From Vampirovibrio chlorellavorus (GTDB lineage: Bacteria > Cyanobacteriota > Vampirovibrionia > Vampirovibrionales > Vampirovibrionaceae), in assembly GCA_903866275.1 (NCBI GenBank), contig CAIPMU010000016.1:195978-259977 (forward strand): a stretch of 64,000 nt of DNA, given 5' to 3'. Shown here one piece after another: positions 18,175-27,970 of this stretch. Position numbers and translations under genes: made by a program. The notes below the pieces were generated by a model, which saw only the letters and a program-made list of their open reading frames with translations, did not search any database and was not told where the DNA came from. Each line of letters begins with the position of its first letter. Position 1 is the stretch's first letter.

Positions 18175-20721
18175 ATGAGCATGAACGAATTTACCCTGGA
18201 CGATTTCCAAGCCCAACTCAACTTTCCCCTGGACCCCTTCCAGCAAGACGCCATCCGCTCCATTTCAGAAGGCCACAGTGTGGTCGTTTGCGCGCCAACC
18301 GGAAGCGGGAAAACCATTATCGCTGAATATGCGGCCATGCGGGCCATCGCTCAGGGCCGCAAACTGTTTTACACCACCCCGCTCAAAGCCCTGAGCAACC
18401 AGAAGTATTACGATCTCAAGGCGCAGTACGGTGAAGCCAACGTGGGTTTGCTCACCGGGGACGTGAGCGTGAACCGGGATGCCCGCATCATCGTGATGAC
18501 CACGGAAATTTTCCGCAACATGCTTTACGGCATTAACGAAAACGTGGGCATGCTGGGCTATCTGGGCTATGTGGTGCTGGATGAGTGCCACTACATGAAC
18601 GATTCCGAGCGCGGCACCGTGTGGGAAGAGAGCATCATCTACTGCCCGGACAACATACAACTGGTGGCGCTGTCGGCCACCGTGGCCAACGCCGCCGAGC
18701 TCACGGACTGGATCAACGAGGTGCATCACGACACGCGCCTGATCTGGAGCGATTTCCGGCCGGTGCCCCTGCGGTTTTCCTATTACGACCGCGAGCGCCT
18801 GATGCCTCTGTTTGAAGCGCCCGGCAAAATGAATAAAAAACTCAAGCTGGATTTGAAAGGGCAGAAATTCGTCAAGAAACAGCGCTTCTTCCGGCCCAAT
18901 GAGCTGATTACGCAGATGCACGAAAAAGACATGCTGCCCGCCATCTTTTTCACGTTTAGCCGCAAGGATTGCGACAAGCATCTGGAATACACCCAGACCC
19001 TCAAGATTCTCAACCCCGGCGAGCGCCGCCTGTTGAACGAAAAAGTGGACGCCTTTCTGGCGTTGAACCCGTTTTTGGCTGATAGCACCGCCATTCCCTC
19101 GATTCGCAATGGCTTTGCCAGCCACCATGCGGGCCTATTGCCCGGCATGAAGCATCTGGTGGAGACGCTTTTCCAGCAAGGCTTGATTAAAGCGGTCTTT
19201 GCGACTGAAACATTGGCCGCCGGGATCAACATGCCCGCGCGCTCCACGGTCATCACCAAGATTTCCAAGCGCACCAACGACGGCCACCGGATTCTCACCG
19301 CCAGCGAGTTCCTGCAAATGTCCGGCCGGGCGGGACGGCGGGGTATGGATCCCGTGGGTTACGTCATTGTGGTGAGCTCTCAGTACGAGGGTGCGATGGA
19401 AGCGGCCACGCTGGCCAGCAGTCCAGCCGATCCTCTGAACAGTCAATTCACGCCCACTTATGGGATGGTGCTGAACCTGCTGAAAAAGCACAGCCTGGAG
19501 CAGGCCGAGTTCCTGATTCGCCAAAGTTTCGGACAGTTTACTGCCGCGCGGCGCTTGCGACCCCTCACGGAATCCAAAGAGCTGCATGAAACCGAACTGA
19601 ACGAACTCTTAAGCTTCAAGTGCCCCTATGATGTCACCGACAAGGACTTCCACGGCTACCTCCACGCCAAGGATCTGGTGCATGAGACAGGCCGCTTTGT
19701 GCGCATCCTGCAAAAGCAGGTCAAGCAACACGGAGACTCCCCCGAGATTCACAAACAGCTCAATCATGAGCAGGGCAAGCTGAACAACTTGCGCAATACC
19801 GTCAATAACAGCCCATGCCAGCGTTGCAACGTCCTGCGCAAGCACCAGCGCGCCGAAGAACTGATTCAGCGGGCCCAGCGCAAGCTGAAAGTGGTCAACC
19901 GAATGCTGGCCGATGAGCAGGATACTTACTGGCGGCGGTTTATGAACATCTATAACCTGCTGCGCGAAACCGAGTATCTCGATGAGCAAAACAAGCCCAC
20001 TGCCCACGGGGAGCTGACCGCCGAGTTACGTTCTGAAAACGAGTACGCGCTGGCAGAGATTCTCATGGCCAGCAACGTGCTTGAGCCCCTGACCGCGCCG
20101 CAACTGGCCGCCGTTGTTTCCGCCATGCTGAACGACAGTAACCGCGAGAACCTGTATGTGCGCTTCCAGCTCTCAAATGAGGCCATTGAGGCCATCCGCA
20201 AGATTGATATGCTCTATCAGCGCATTGATCGCCTGCAACGCAAGCACCATGTGGATGTGACTTTGACCCTGAACCCTATTGCCAGCGGTTTGGTGGAGGC
20301 TTGGGCCCAGGGTTGCGACTGGAACCGGATGATTGCGGCTACCAACATCGGCGAAGGCGACATTGTGCGCCAACTTCGGCGCACGGCGGATGTGCTCCGG
20401 CAAATTCACCGCATTTCCGGCTTGCCCCCGCGTTTATTATATACAGCCAAGGAAGCCCTCAAGCTGATCTACCGCGAACCCATCAAGGAAATCGAGCTGC
20501 CCGAGGAAAATGATACCATCGAGCAGGAGGCGGTAGCCCCGCTCACGCCGGAAGAACAGACCGAAGCCCCGCTCACCCCCGAGGAGCTAACCGAAGCCCA
20601 ACGCATCGTCGCTCAAACGATTAGTGGCCAAACGATTACGGTAAAATCGCAGTCAGTAACCCCTGAGCCCGAAAACCTACCGCCGGTGGCTGAGGACAGT
20701 CCGCCAGTCACACCGGCCTAG
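18175..20721 (+). CDS. helY: Ski2-like SF2 RNA helicase with DSHCT C-terminal domain (HelY-like)
   Basis: APTGSGKT, PLKALSNQK, DECH, LSAT, HHAG, ATETLAAGINMPA, QMSGRAGRRG, GDIVRQLRR. Confidence 0.9.
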   Translation: MSMNEFTLDDFQAQLNFPLDPFQQDAIRSISEGHSVVVCAPTGSGKTIIAEYAAMRAIAQGRKLFYTTPLKALSNQKYYDLKAQYGEANVGLLTGDVSVNRDARIIVMTTEIFRNMLYGINENVGMLGYLGYVVLDECHYMNDSERGTVWEESIIYCPDNIQLVALSATVANAAELTDWINEVHHDTRLIWSDFRPVPLRFSYYDRERLMPLFEAPGKMNKKLKLDLKGQKFVKKQRFFRPNELITQMHEKDMLPAIFFTFSRKDCDKHLEYTQTLKILNPGERRLLNEKVDAFLALNPFLADSTAIPSIRNGFASHHAGLLPGMKHLVETLFQQGLIKAVFATETLAAGINMPARSTVITKISKRTNDGHRILTASEFLQMSGRAGRRGMDPVGYVIVVSSQYEGAMEAATLASSPADPLNSQFTPTYGMVLNLLKKHSLEQAEFLIRQSFGQFTAARRLRPLTESKELHETELNELLSFKCPYDVTDKDFHGYLHAKDLVHETGRFVRILQKQVKQHGDSPEIHKQLNHEQGKLNNLRNTVNNSPCQRCNVLRKHQRAEELIQRAQRKLKVVNRMLADEQDTYWRRFMNIYNLLRETEYLDEQNKPTAHGELTAELRSENEYALAEILMASNVLEPLTAPQLAAVVSAMLNDSNRENLYVRFQLSNEAIEAIRKIDMLYQRIDRLQRKHHVDVTLTLNPIASGLVEAWAQGCDWNRMIAATNIGEGDIVRQLRRTADVLRQIHRISGLPPRLLYTAKEALKLIYREPIKEIELPEENDTIEQEAVAPLTPEEQTEAPLTPEELTEAQRIVAQTISGQTITVKSQSVTPEPENLPPVAEDSPPVTPA
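20536..20598 (+). repeat. 30-bp coding tandem duplication (APLTPEEQTE/APLTPEELTE) in the helicase tail
   Basis: Seen directly in DNA and protein. Confidence 0.8.
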
Positions 20722-20763
20722 ACTGCAGCCCCATTTATTCCCAGACATCAGGAACCCCACGAT

Positions 20764-21060
20764 TTGGAATCTCAACCCATCACAAACCCCATTCACACAG
20801 ATGGACAGCCCATCGCCGACCCTGGCCACCCCACGGGAGCCAGCCAAACGGCGACGACTGCCTCTGAAGCCCATTCGCATTCTCAAGCGCAAGCCCCTGA
20901 AGTGACCCGAGAGACGCAGCCGTCTTCATGGCAAGCCAATGGGCAAGTCACTGAGCAAGCCAATGGCACGCCGCCCCCACTCAAGCTACCGGACTGGACC
21001 CCACTGGGGCACATCCGCGACTATTTTGCCGAGCAGATCCGGCAAGATGGATTTCGCTAA
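20764..21060 (+). CDS. Hypothetical low-complexity protein
   Basis: TTG-start 98-aa ORF that fills the gap between the two helicases; no family recognised. Confidence 0.4.
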   Translation: MESQPITNPIHTDGQPIADPGHPTGASQTATTASEAHSHSQAQAPEVTRETQPSSWQANGQVTEQANGTPPPLKLPDWTPLGHIRDYFAEQIRQDGFR

Positions 21061-21101
21061 ATATTTACCCGTCTGCGACAATCTCTCGAACGGAGTGTAA
21101 A

Positions 21102-22526
21102 ATGGAAACTATGACGACGAACCCTCAATTTAATTCTTTACCCCTCGATCCCCAAGTGATTGAAGCCCTGGAAAATATGGGCTACAAAACCATGACGCCC
21201 ATTCAGGAAATGGCGATTCCCAAGCTCCTCACCGGGCAAGACTTTTTAGGCCAAGCCCCCACCGGCACCGGCAAAACCGCGGCCTTCGGCATTCCGCTGA
21301 TCAGCCGCCTGCAGCCGGGGAGCGGAACGATCGACGCCCTCATTCTGGGGCCGACCCGCGAACTGGTGCAGCAAATTGCCGAAGAATTGAACCGCATCGG
21401 CGCGGTGAAAGGTATTAAAACCCTGCCCATCTTTGGCGGGGAGAACGTGTTCGTGCAAAAAGAGGCCCTGCGCCAGCGCACCGCGCAAATTATCGCGGGC
21501 ACGCCCGGCCGCGTGCTGGATCACATCCGGCAAGTGACGCTCAATCTGACCCAAACCCGTCTGGTGATTCTGGATGAGGCGGATGAGATGCTGGATATGG
21601 GCTTCCGGCCAGACATCGAGGAAATATTCAAGCAGCTGCCCGGCGGACGGGAAACCTGGCTGTTCTCTGCCACGATTTCGCCCGAAATCCGCAAGATTGC
21701 GGATCGCTACATGTATCATCCCGAGGAAGTGCGGATTGAAAACCAGACCCGCACCGCCGAAAACATCAGCCAGCAATACTTTGTGGTGGAAGAAGAAGAG
21801 AAGCCGCGGGTGCTGAAGCAAATTTTGAAATCCACCGAGGATATGTACGGCATCGTATTCTGCCAGACCAAGCGGGATGTGGTGCTGCTCACGCGCAAAC
21901 TGCGGGATTCTTTCCCGCTGGATTGCCTGCACGGAGCGATGGCCCAAAGCGATCGGGATCAGGTGCTGGAGCAATTCCGCTCAGGCAAGCTAAAGTTGCT
22001 GATTGCGACCGATATTGTCGCCCGTGGCATTGATGTAGACTGCCTGACGCATGTCATCAACTACTCGGCCCCGCACGATGTGGAGTCATATACCCACCGC
22101 ATTGGCCGGACAGCCCGCAACGGGGCCTCTGGGACAGCGATCACCTTCTTTGACCCCAGTGAAAAGTACACCTTTGATACCATTGAGCGCCGGATTCAGC
22201 TCAGCCTGACCAAACACCCCGACAGTACCGTGGAATTTGACCCCAACGCGCGGCCCAAAAACAGCCGCTTTGGCCCGCCCAAACGGGGCGGCAGCAGTGG
22301 CGGTGGTCGTCCTCAGGGTTCCGGCGGCGGCTATCGCGGCGGCGGTAGTTCGGGTGGGCGTGGCGGTTCGGCTTCTTCCGGCAATGGCTCGCCCAATCCC
22401 GCAGCAGGTGCCCCTCATGCAGAAGGCGACAAACCCAGTCGCCCCCGGCGTCCACGTCGTCGTGGCGGTAAACCGGGAGGTGGTGGCGAAGGCGCCGCAC
22501 CGCAAGGACAAAGCCCCAGCAGCTAA
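21102..22526 (+). CDS. DEAD-box RNA helicase with Gly/Arg-rich tail
   Basis: Q motif TPIQ, APTGTGKT, PTREL, TPGR, DEAD, SAT, ARGID, HRIGRT; GGAG upstream. Confidence 0.95.
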   Translation: METMTTNPQFNSLPLDPQVIEALENMGYKTMTPIQEMAIPKLLTGQDFLGQAPTGTGKTAAFGIPLISRLQPGSGTIDALILGPTRELVQQIAEELNRIGAVKGIKTLPIFGGENVFVQKEALRQRTAQIIAGTPGRVLDHIRQVTLNLTQTRLVILDEADEMLDMGFRPDIEEIFKQLPGGRETWLFSATISPEIRKIADRYMYHPEEVRIENQTRTAENISQQYFVVEEEEKPRVLKQILKSTEDMYGIVFCQTKRDVVLLTRKLRDSFPLDCLHGAMAQSDRDQVLEQFRSGKLKLLIATDIVARGIDVDCLTHVINYSAPHDVESYTHRIGRTARNGASGTAITFFDPSEKYTFDTIERRIQLSLTKHPDSTVEFDPNARPKNSRFGPPKRGGSSGGGRPQGSGGGYRGGGSSGGRGGSASSGNGSPNPAAGAPHAEGDKPSRPRRPRRRGGKPGGGGEGAAPQGQSPSS

Positions 22527-22680
22527 CACATTCATTAACCAGCCACACCCGTTCAGACGTCGAAACGTTCACCCCATCTGATCCGGCTTCGTGATGGTTT
22601 TATGCAATGCAAAGCGTGGAACTTTACGAGTATCCCAAACGTCCCTCCCCCCATAGATGGCAGAGTACGGTAGGCTGACG

Positions 22681-23463
22681 ATGCAAGCGCAAAAAGGCAT
22701 TCTCCTCATACATGGACTCACCGGCTCGCCGCACGAGTTCGTGCCCGTGGATGAGGCGTTACAGCAAAAAGGCTACCACACCCAACGGGTAACGCTACCG
22801 GGCCACGGAGATAGCCCCACCCAACGCTTCCATGAGACCAGCGCGCTGGAGCTGCTGGACCATTGTGCCGCCGAGTATGAACGCATGGCCAATCAGGTGG
22901 AGGAAGTGTACATTGTGGGGCATTCACTGGGGGGCATTTGCACCCTGCTGACTGCCGCCGTGCGCCCACCCAAGCTGAAGGGCATCGTGGTGTTTTCCGC
23001 GCCTTACGAGTACGCCTACTTTTATAATTATCTGCACGGATTGGCTCAGGTGCCGCTGGGTCATCTCATTCGGGGCATCTATCTCGCCCCCCGCGATCGG
23101 GTGAAATTTACCACGCCCGACAGTCGCCCCTGGCACATGCCCAAGCTCATTCAGCAGAGCCGGGTGATTTTCTCCCTGATGCGGGAGCAGTTGCACAACA
23201 TCGAAGTCCCGGTGAGTCTGGCGCATTCCATCTACGATTTAACCATTCCCTACCCGGAAATGCAGAAGCTGGCTGAAAAGCTGCGCCACAGCCCCGGCGG
23301 CGTGAAAACCACCACCCTCACCCGGAGTGGCCACCGTATTTTCCCCATCAGCAAAGACATGAATGAGGCCATTCGCGTGGTTGTGGATTTTCTGGAAACT
23401 GACTGCCAGGCCATGGCCGAGGGACGTCCGGTTTCTTCCGGCGAAATTGCGCGCCACACCTAG
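22681..23463 (+). CDS. Alpha/beta hydrolase (carboxylesterase-like)
   Basis: HGLTGS, LPGHG, nucleophile GHSLGG, Asp in YDLTIP, His in SGHRI. Confidence 0.88.
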   Translation: MQAQKGILLIHGLTGSPHEFVPVDEALQQKGYHTQRVTLPGHGDSPTQRFHETSALELLDHCAAEYERMANQVEEVYIVGHSLGGICTLLTAAVRPPKLKGIVVFSAPYEYAYFYNYLHGLAQVPLGHLIRGIYLAPRDRVKFTTPDSRPWHMPKLIQQSRVIFSLMREQLHNIEVPVSLAHSIYDLTIPYPEMQKLAEKLRHSPGGVKTTTLTRSGHRIFPISKDMNEAIRVVVDFLETDCQAMAEGRPVSSGEIARHT

Positions 23464-23473
23464 ATACGCCTGA

Positions 23474-23761
23474 TTACCCCTGAATATTCAGACGCGCCTT
23501 GATGAGGGCCATGTCTTGCTTCATTTGAGCGTTATCGCGCTTGATGAGGGTAAGGTCATTTTGCAAGGCATTGGTCAACTGCCACAGCCCCGCGTTGATA
23601 TGAAAACCGTATTCATCCCCCAGAAACGTGCGCCCCTTGTGAAACTGCGAGCGGGCATCCTGATATTGCAGGCCCGCATTGGCATACAGATAGTACGGCG
23701 TGAGGTACTGGTAATTGGGCATATAGGGAATCGGCAGGCCGGGCGGGGTGATGACACTCAT
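23474..23761 (-). CDS. Hypothetical protein, Tyr/Pro-rich N-terminus and coiled-coil-like C-terminus
   Basis: 95-aa ORF with AAGGAA upstream; heptad-like LQNDLTLIKRDNAQMKQDMALIKARL. Confidence 0.6.
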   Translation of the reverse strand: MSVITPPGLPIPYMPNYQYLTPYYLYANAGLQYQDARSQFHKGRTFLGDEYGFHINAGLWQLTNALQNDLTLIKRDNAQMKQDMALIKARLNIQG

Positions 23762-24007
23762 GCAAGTGGTTCCTTTTCACGATGTGCAACCAGAGTCGCG
23801 TTGCAGGAATAAAAACCACGACGCTGTGAGGATTGACCTTTTCTTGCCACAATCGGAGAACGGCCTGATTGGACAAAACCGGTGCAAGGCCGTGAGTATC
23901 CCCTGAGAAATAACCAGTTTAGCGTTTGTTATAGCGAAATGCTATCCAGCCAGGCAATAGAAAGTTTGTTTTTACTGTTTAAAATAAAGGGCACAGAGGA
24001 TTTTTTT

Positions 24008-24394
24008 ATGAATTTTTTTGGAGATTCGTTAAGGCATCAACGTGAAGCTCAGCGACTCTCTCAGTGCGAACTTGCTGATTTGTCGGGCTGCCCGTTAGAA
24101 ACACTTCAATGGTTTGAAGCAAGTCATCTACTCCCGTCCAAAATCCAGATGGAGCAGTTATCTTCGGTTGAGCGGTTGGGGCTTACCTATGAAAGCCTCA
24201 AGCAATGGAAGCAAACATCACTTCAAGAACAAGCACAAGAAATCAGCGTTCAAACCGCTGGCCTTGAAAAGTGGCAATGTTCAAACCGTCAGTGGGATTG
24301 CCCCTGTTGCCTCTGGCCTTACACACTGCAATGTGATTTAAGAAAATCACATCCCCCTGCCAGCTTAAAACCGACAGTGACCGGGCAAGTCTAA
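24008..24394 (+). CDS. XRE-family HTH protein with C-terminal Cys cluster
   Basis: FGDSLRHQREAQRLSQCELADLSG......FE....LPS; tail CSNRQWDCPCCLWPYTLQC; GAGGA upstream of ATG 24008. Confidence 0.7.
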   Translation: MNFFGDSLRHQREAQRLSQCELADLSGCPLETLQWFEASHLLPSKIQMEQLSSVERLGLTYESLKQWKQTSLQEQAQEISVQTAGLEKWQCSNRQWDCPCCLWPYTLQCDLRKSHPPASLKPTVTGQV

Positions 24395-24487
24395 TCAACG
24401 AGCCCAACAAACAGGCTTAAGGATCCGGGTTTGCTTTGCTGGCTCTGAGTATTTTGCATGTCAGTGGCCCACAAAGTTGGCAACAGG

Positions 24488-25972
24488 CTACTGAAAACTG
24501 GCTGTCAGCTTTTGATCCAGTTGAAAGCCGCAGGCGGTGTAGCGATACACCAGCACCGGCTTTAAGGGATCATATTGGTACTGACGGGCCACGATTTCAA
24601 ACACGCCGTCGCCATCCAGATCTTCGAGGATATTGGCTGCGGTAAGGGTTTCAAATGTTAGCAGGGAGGTGCCAGTGGAATCCACCACCCGCACCCGATA
24701 ATGAGGGTCGTTGGATCGGTAAAACTGGATGGTCGCCAGCTTGCCGTTGAAATTGGCGGTACGCTGGGACACGATCGAGCCAAAAAAACGGTTGCTTTCA
24801 GATGTCCCCGCCTCCGGTGAGCAAAGGGAACTGGCAGAAGGATTCGTCAAGGTCGACCTGAAAGGCAACTGCCCCAGACTCCCCGGTTGCGTTTGAGACA
24901 GGCTGCCGCTGTTGACCTCCGGTCGCAGCGGCACCACGGTGTTCCCATAGGGCACATAGGCGAGACTGAAATCGCGGTGACTAAAGCTTTTGTAGGCACC
25001 CATCGGTTTCAGCTTTTCCAGCACGTGCATATAACTTGGCCAAAACCCAGGCTGATGATGGGCCGCGTCAATTTTCACGGCGTCACCCAAACGGTACATC
25101 ACATCCATCTTGCGGATGGTCATTTCTTCCGGGCTGGCTTTTTCCAGCGTAATATCGGCTTCTGCCTGCGCCATGCCGTAAGCCAGATTGGAGAACTGAT
25201 CCTGAAAATGATCATTGGCTTTTCTCAGAAAGAACAAACCGGTTTTGTTGTGCTCATAAACCAGTTCAGCATAGCCCAGGTCAAACCCCAGCATCAGATC
25301 GGTTTCTTTGGCCATGTGGCGCTGATGCAATGCACTCAGCAATTTGGCGTGCTCATCAAAGGGCAGTTCGGCGTAGCCTCGGCGCAAGGCTTCCATGTGC
25401 ACCAGCAGCACCGGGGTGCTGTTCAACACGTTTAACACTTCCTCCGCGGTGGTCAGTTGAGCCGGTAGACACTGCGCGCTAGCATAACCGGTGACCTCCA
25501 GCGGCACCGACCGCAGAATATCAATCTCACTCCCTGACGTGGCGTTAAACCCGCTCGGTGTACTCTTTTTCGAAGGGGGTACCGATGTTTTCACCCCGCC
25601 CAAAATCGGCGTCGCAGGCTTGCTGTAAGCACTCTCCCAAGCACTCACCGGACGGACAGCGGAGGTCGTCTGGGTCACAGTCGAAACTTTTGAAGCCCCC
25701 CCGGCGGTCCCCTGAGCGGCCACAGGCATGGGTTTCAAAACCGTCACCGACTTTTTCACAGATACCGAAGACGTTGAAACAGGGAGCGTTCGGGTCGAAA
25801 CAGTCACGCTTCTCGCCGAGACAGGCACAGGCGGGGTCACGTTACCAACCGCATCAACCTGCTCCGCCATCGCCGGACCTTGTAGCGCAGCCCAAATCAG
25901 CCCCAGATGGCTTAAAACCACTACGGTGACCAACTTGCCTGGTTTCAGACCGATGCTTCGTCTCAGACTCAT
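24488..25972 (-). CDS. Hypothetical exported protein (signal/anchor, Ser/Thr/Val-rich linker, helical core, DLDGDG Ca-loop-like motif)
   Basis: Long ORF; hydrophobic N-terminus followed by AMA; EDLDGDGVFEI near the C-terminus. Start ATG 25972 is preceded by GGAGAG. Confidence 0.65.
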   Translation of the reverse strand: MSLRRSIGLKPGKLVTVVVLSHLGLIWAALQGPAMAEQVDAVGNVTPPVPVSARSVTVSTRTLPVSTSSVSVKKSVTVLKPMPVAAQGTAGGASKVSTVTQTTSAVRPVSAWESAYSKPATPILGGVKTSVPPSKKSTPSGFNATSGSEIDILRSVPLEVTGYASAQCLPAQLTTAEEVLNVLNSTPVLLVHMEALRRGYAELPFDEHAKLLSALHQRHMAKETDLMLGFDLGYAELVYEHNKTGLFFLRKANDHFQDQFSNLAYGMAQAEADITLEKASPEEMTIRKMDVMYRLGDAVKIDAAHHQPGFWPSYMHVLEKLKPMGAYKSFSHRDFSLAYVPYGNTVVPLRPEVNSGSLSQTQPGSLGQLPFRSTLTNPSASSLCSPEAGTSESNRFFGSIVSQRTANFNGKLATIQFYRSNDPHYRVRVVDSTGTSLLTFETLTAANILEDLDGDGVFEIVARQYQYDPLKPVLVYRYTACGFQLDQKLTASFQ

Positions 25973-26042
25973 GAACCACTTCTCTCCGCTTTCGTCACTG
26001 AAACAGTGCAATTGCACACTTTAAATTACACTTTGTCCATCT

Positions 26043-26345
26043 GGAGACCTGAAGCAACTGATCCTGAGCTGGCCCTGGACCCGATATACGGAAGAGCTCT
26101 TCGGCACCACGCACTTCAAGTTCTTTATCTGATTCTAATCGACGCTCAGGAGCCGAGCAAGTTTCCTTCCAACGGAACTGATTTTAACACCGCCTTCCTT
26201 GCCGACATCAGTGGACGCCATGTCGGCCCAAGCGGTGGGCATGCCCGAGCCAACATCGGCTCTGGGTCGCGTTGGTGCCGTCGGGAGAATTCCCCCTTGC
26301 GTGGACCGGGTGCGAACGGCACAATAGGAGGGCGTCCCTCTGACT
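26043..26345. ncRNA. Unidentified structured RNA candidate
   Basis: At least seven stems in a divergent intergenic gap (detailed in findings); no known family motif matched by eye. Confidence 0.4.
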
Positions 26346-26422
26346 TAAAAAAATCCGTTTGATGGGTCAAGCAGCCCCAATCAAGCTGAATCCCCCACGA
26401 ATTTTCAAATGGGAATTGCCCG

Positions 26423-27970
26423 ATGTCTTTGTCTCCAGCCGCACCGCAAGCCGCCAGCCAACTAGCCGCCTGCCCTGATCAAAACAAGGGCTTTCTTAAA
26501 GTGGCCATCCTGACACTGGTAATCTATGCGAGTCTGGCCGTTTTTTACAGCACCCCGGCCTTATCCACGTCCCGCTTTAACAAGGAGCTGGTGGTCTGGC
26601 CTGTTACCCTGGGCTTGCTTTGGAGCTATTGGCAAGGGTATAAACGCCTTCAAAAAAATGCAGTTCCCCCAGGCTGGATTCTGGGTGTGGGTGCCGGGCT
26701 GGCCATACTGGCCGTGCTGATTCCACCGTTTCACTCCACGGATATGTTTGGCTATGTAAACCGGGGCTGGCAGCAGTTGCATTACCACCTAAACCCCTAT
26801 GTCTACACCATCAACGACATCCCCCACTGGGAAAACGACCCCATGATCACCAATCATTGGGTGAACAACCCAAGCCCCTATGGCTTTTTATACCTGCTCA
26901 TCGCCAAGGGGCTCTGCTTGCTGGGCGGGGGGAATCGGGCCCTCACCCTGAGCCTGTTTAAACTGGGCAACCTGCTCATGCATGGCCTCACCGCCTTACT
27001 CATTTGGCTGGGGGCCAGCCAACTTGCCAAAACCCAGGCCCAACAACCGCTTGCGCCATCCACCCCAATGCCTGTCACCGCAGGGCCAGTGCTGGCCTTG
27101 TATCTGTATCTCTGGAATCCCCTGATTTTAATCAACACGCTGGCCAACGGGCACAACGATATTTTCATGGGCTTTTTCGTCACCCTCAGTGCCCTGTGTG
27201 CCTTAATTGGCGCGTGGCTCTGGATTCTGCCCGCCCTGATGGCGGCCACCCTGATGAAATACGGGGCCGTGGTGATTTTTCCGTTGGCGCTGGTGTTTTT
27301 AATCCGGCAAAAAGCCTGGGGTGCATTGATAGGAGGTATCGGCCTTTCGGTGATTCTCTTCTTGCTGGCCGGGCAATCCTTTTTGCCCGAATGGCAACAG
27401 TTTCACCTCAGCGAGATCAACCACAACGCCTTTGTGACGCATGGCTCGCTGCATTCGTTCTTATTTATCGGGTTTAAAACCATCACCAAAAGCCTGCTAC
27501 CCGCCGCGAAACCTTATCTGGAGCTGGTGCGGAGCATCCTGAAAAACCTGCTGCTCCTCAGCTACGGGGGATTTGTACTTGGGCTGTTGTGGCAGCGTCT
27601 TCGGTCGCACACACCGTATCCCGCAGGCACGCTGGTGCGGGACGCTTTGCTGGTGATGAGCCTGCTGGTCAGCCTGATCAGCCTGAAGTTTTACCCGTGG
27701 TATCTGGGCATGTTTTTTCCGCTGGCCCTGCTCCTGCCAGAGGAAGATTGGCTCCGGCGCTGGGTGCTGGTGTTGTCCGGGGCACAGCTGTTTTCCATTA
27801 CCTTTATCGGACAGGCGCACATGCTCAATTTTATGGTGATGACCGGGCTGCCCACCGCCTGGATTTTATGGCACCAACAACGGGAACGAGAACTGTCAGC
27901 TATCGCCCCCGAAAACACGCCACCCAGCCACTCCCCGCTCCCGAATGCTTTCCCTGAAGCAGAGCACTGA
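26423..27970 (+). CDS. GT-C polyprenol-phosphate-sugar-dependent glycosyltransferase (MptA/MptB alpha-mannosyltransferase-like)
   Basis: Multiple TM helices; STDMFGY..RG, PY, SPYG, WNPL..I..LANGHND match the MptB/GT87-like pattern. Confidence 0.7.
   Translation: MSLSPAAPQAASQLAACPDQNKGFLKVAILTLVIYASLAVFYSTPALSTSRFNKELVVWPVTLGLLWSYWQGYKRLQKNAVPPGWILGVGAGLAILAVLIPPFHSTDMFGYVNRGWQQLHYHLNPYVYTINDIPHWENDPMITNHWVNNPSPYGFLYLLIAKGLCLLGGGNRALTLSLFKLGNLLMHGLTALLIWLGASQLAKTQAQQPLAPSTPMPVTAGPVLALYLYLWNPLILINTLANGHNDIFMGFFVTLSALCALIGAWLWILPALMAATLMKYGAVVIFPLALVFLIRQKAWGALIGGIGLSVILFLLAGQSFLPEWQQFHLSEINHNAFVTHGSLHSFLFIGFKTITKSLLPAAKPYLELVRSILKNLLLLSYGGFVLGLLWQRLRSHTPYPAGTLVRDALLVMSLLVSLISLKFYPWYLGMFFPLALLLPEEDWLRRWVLVLSGAQLFSITFIGQAHMLNFMVMTGLPTAWILWHQQRERELSAIAPENTPPSHSPLPNAFPEAEH

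Noticed and set aside
15448-24394. Prophage or mobile element suggested by two XRE genes
   Set aside because: No integrase, transposase, phage structural gene, att site or terminal repeats; the flanking genes are housekeeping.
26086-26114. T-box riboswitch call
   Set aside because: Only an antiterminator-like shape with a non-consensus bulge; no Stem I motifs, no terminator, and the downstream gene is not amino-acid related. Kept only as an alternative inside the structured-element finding.
26270-26323. tRNA-like or tmRNA-like end on the minus strand (…GACGGCACCA)
   Set aside because: No TTC(G/A)A T-loop, D-arm or anticodon arm, and no tmRNA 5' end or tag frame.
26006-26370. ORFs 26006..26362 + and 26146..26370 -
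   Set aside because: No SD or domain; composition is better explained by the base-paired element.
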